NCBI GenBank assembly: GCA_000004985.1
Contig: GG738861.1
DNA from: Naegleria gruberi
Taxonomy: Eukaryota
Reading direction: 5' to 3' (one strand)
DNA length: 64,000 nucleotides
The position numbers were made by a program, and so were the translations under genes. Shown here piece after piece: positions 62,340-64,000 of the stretch. How positions within the stretch are numbered: the stretch's first letter is position 1; each line of letters starts with the position of its first letter. The notes beneath the pieces are model-generated. The model was not told the origin of the DNA. It saw only the letters and a program-made list of their open reading frames with translations, and did not search any database.

Positions 62340-63974
62340 TTATTCATCCAAATCACTAGAATTTCCAGATTCAACACGAGCATCATCTCCATTGCCAGAT
62401 TCAACCATTGAAACTTGACTTAAATCTTCAATACCTGATGTATTCAAAGAGTCTTTTTGAGCTGCTTCAACTTCTTTGGTGGATCTTTCAGGTGAAATCT
62501 CTACTTTTTGTTTCTTTTGTGATTGATTTGCGATGGAAACTGATCTTTCTGAAACTTTAGAACTTTCTGGTGCTTGCTTTCTCTTCAAATCAACCTTCTC
62601 CTTAGATTGAGATTTTGGTGATGCAGAGGAAACCTGTTGTTGTTGTTTAACTTTAGCCTTCTGTGGAGTCTGTAAGGTCATATTAGTATCCAAAGTTTGT
62701 AGAGAAGATCCATCTTGTTGAGAAATATTAGAACCGTTAGATGCAGGTGTTATTCCCTTTTGTTCATTTCCATTATTGGTTGTTGTTACAGTCTTAATAA
62801 TTGGTAAACCACAGATATGTCTCAAACAATTTCTAATATCATTATAAAATACTTCTGCAAACTTTCTTACACCTGTCATGTATTTAGCACATCTCAATAA
62901 ATCGTCATAATTTGAAAGGTTAAATGTTTCAAAGGATTGCATTATGTACACTGGTTCAACACTTTCAGATTTCTTTGAAACTTCTTCACCATAATTTTCA
63001 ACAAGTGTATAAAATCTTCTCATTACATAACAAGTTACTAGAGGACCAACACATGTAATACCTGTAACAAATCTCTTTCTTGGTTTGGCACCACTTTGTT
63101 GGAAAAAGTTATATTGAGCTTCAAGGAAAGCTTTCAACATTATTGCCAATTCATTTTCTGCTTGAAATTGATTACCATTAATATCGTTACATTCTCTAGA
63201 ACAGAAGAATGGAAGGAATGTACCATTAAGGAAATGTTGTTCAATTTGAAGTGGATTAGGTTGTTGCATTGGTTTTGGACTTGTAATTTGAGAAACTCTT
63301 CTTGTCAATTCACGAATTTCCTTATTTCTTTGATGATTAAGTCCAATGAAGAAAGATCCATCAAATTTTGTCTTTTCCATTTGATTTGTTAATTGAAAAT
63401 CTCTATTCTCATCAAATAAATGTTCAAAGTCACGTGTAATAAATCTGTAAAGATTTGAAAAGATGGAACCTCTCCAGAAACTATCATGTTTACCACTGTA
63501 TTTTAACATTGTTTGAGGTAATTTAAACATTTGACCCCATAAATCAGTCAAGTATGAAAATTCATTCTTACTAACACCTAACTCTTCACTTGGTTTATCA
63601 AGTACTGAAATACTCTTACTAACTTTGATGAAGGAAGTAACTTCTTTTCTAGCATGTTGATGAGAAATCAAAGCAATGGATGAACGTGGAAGAACAAAAT
63701 TTTGCATTAAAAGCCTATTCTTACAATCTTGATATTCTTGATCTAAAAAGCATGTCATTCCATCCACAGAAGCAACTAAATTATCAGAAGAAGAGGTGTC
63801 ATCGGATGATGGCAAGGACAATAATATTGGCATAGAAGCAAAGTGTCCAATATGAATATGTTGACTTCCTTCCACTACACTCGATCTATAGAGGCTTGGA
63901 TCTAGATAGCTGTTATTGTTTGAAGAGCCTAGCAGCACACTATTAGTAGAAGATCCATCCGAGTTGTGCATCAT
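62340..63974 (-). CDS. Hypothetical 544-aa protein. The N-terminus lies near the window edge. The C-terminal ~120 aa are Ser/Gln/Lys-rich and low-complexity.
   Basis: Long ORF with an ATG at 63974 (MMHNSDGSS...). No recognisable domain. The C-terminal tail is acidic and Ser-rich. Confidence 0.35.
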   Translation of the reverse strand: MMHNSDGSSTNSVLLGSSNNNSYLDPSLYRSSVVEGSQHIHIGHFASMPILLSLPSSDDTSSSDNLVASVDGMTCFLDQEYQDCKNRLLMQNFVLPRSSIALISHQHARKEVTSFIKVSKSISVLDKPSEELGVSKNEFSYLTDLWGQMFKLPQTMLKYSGKHDSFWRGSIFSNLYRFITRDFEHLFDENRDFQLTNQMEKTKFDGSFFIGLNHQRNKEIRELTRRVSQITSPKPMQQPNPLQIEQHFLNGTFLPFFCSRECNDINGNQFQAENELAIMLKAFLEAQYNFFQQSGAKPRKRFVTGITCVGPLVTCYVMRRFYTLVENYGEEVSKKSESVEPVYIMQSFETFNLSNYDDLLRCAKYMTGVRKFAEVFYNDIRNCLRHICGLPIIKTVTTTNNGNEQKGITPASNGSNISQQDGSSLQTLDTNMTLQTPQKAKVKQQQQVSSASPKSQSKEKVDLKRKQAPESSKVSERSVSIANQSQKKQKVEISPERSTKEVEAAQKDSLNTSGIEDLSQVSMVESGNGDDARVESGNSSDLDE

Positions 63975-64000
63975 ATTGTTGGTAGGAATAAAAATTGTAG

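Noticed and set aside
1-64000. A prokaryotic defence island or operon interpretation (CRISPR, restriction-modification, toxin-antitoxin, phage).
   Set aside because: The window has no direct-repeat arrays, Shine-Dalgarno-spaced polycistrons, integrases or transposases. The genes are spliced, with eukaryotic introns and eukaryote-specific products (proteasome Rpt3, Rab5, WASHC4, Mic60). Co-directional clusters here are not operons.
1-64000. tRNA, rRNA, snRNA genes or transposable elements.
   Set aside because: I found no tRNA-like GTTCGA(A/T)TC T-arm box, no rDNA-like GC-rich blocks, and no reverse-transcriptase, integrase or transposase ORFs. Small RNAs cannot be excluded without covariance-model searches.

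Overview
This 64-kb window looks like AT-rich, gene-dense nuclear DNA from a eukaryote. It is not prokaryotic: I found no operons, CRISPR arrays, IS elements or phage genes. About 31 protein-coding genes sit on both strands, roughly one per 2 kb. Many have short spliceosomal introns of 40-140 nt with GTAAGT, GTATGT or GTAGGT donors and AG acceptors; at least one has a TACTAAC-like branch point. Convergent genes often end less than 100 bp apart.

The gene content is mostly conserved eukaryotic housekeeping machinery:
- Rab5-family GTPase
- Mic60/mitofilin-like MICOS protein
- proteasome ATPase Rpt3
- mitochondrial pyruvate carrier MPC1
- formate/nitrite transporter
- AMP deaminase
- methionine aminopeptidase type 1
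- FYVE-finger protein
- J-domain protein
- GH31 alpha-glucosidase
- WASH-complex subunit 4 (SWIP)
- mitochondrial phosphate carrier

There are also lineage-typical or unusual genes:
- a vasohibin-like tubulin tyrosine carboxypeptidase
- a receptor-type class III nucleotidyl cyclase with an extracytoplasmic domain between two transmembrane helices
- adjacent F-box/leucine-rich-repeat genes
- a divergent Ras-like pseudo-GTPase
- a PH+PAS protein
- a predicted SAM + DeSI/PPPDE-peptidase fusion
- a tandem-AAA ATPase that follows two same-frame ORFs split by one TAG codon

WASH and vasohibin together, plus the overall composition, point to an early-diverging fungus or an amoebozoan-like protist rather than a dikaryan fungus. 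The ORF track uses TTG and GTG as alternative starts, so many listed starts are not the true ATG. Exon and intron coordinates below are my own reading and may be off by 1-2 nt, especially near homopolymer runs.
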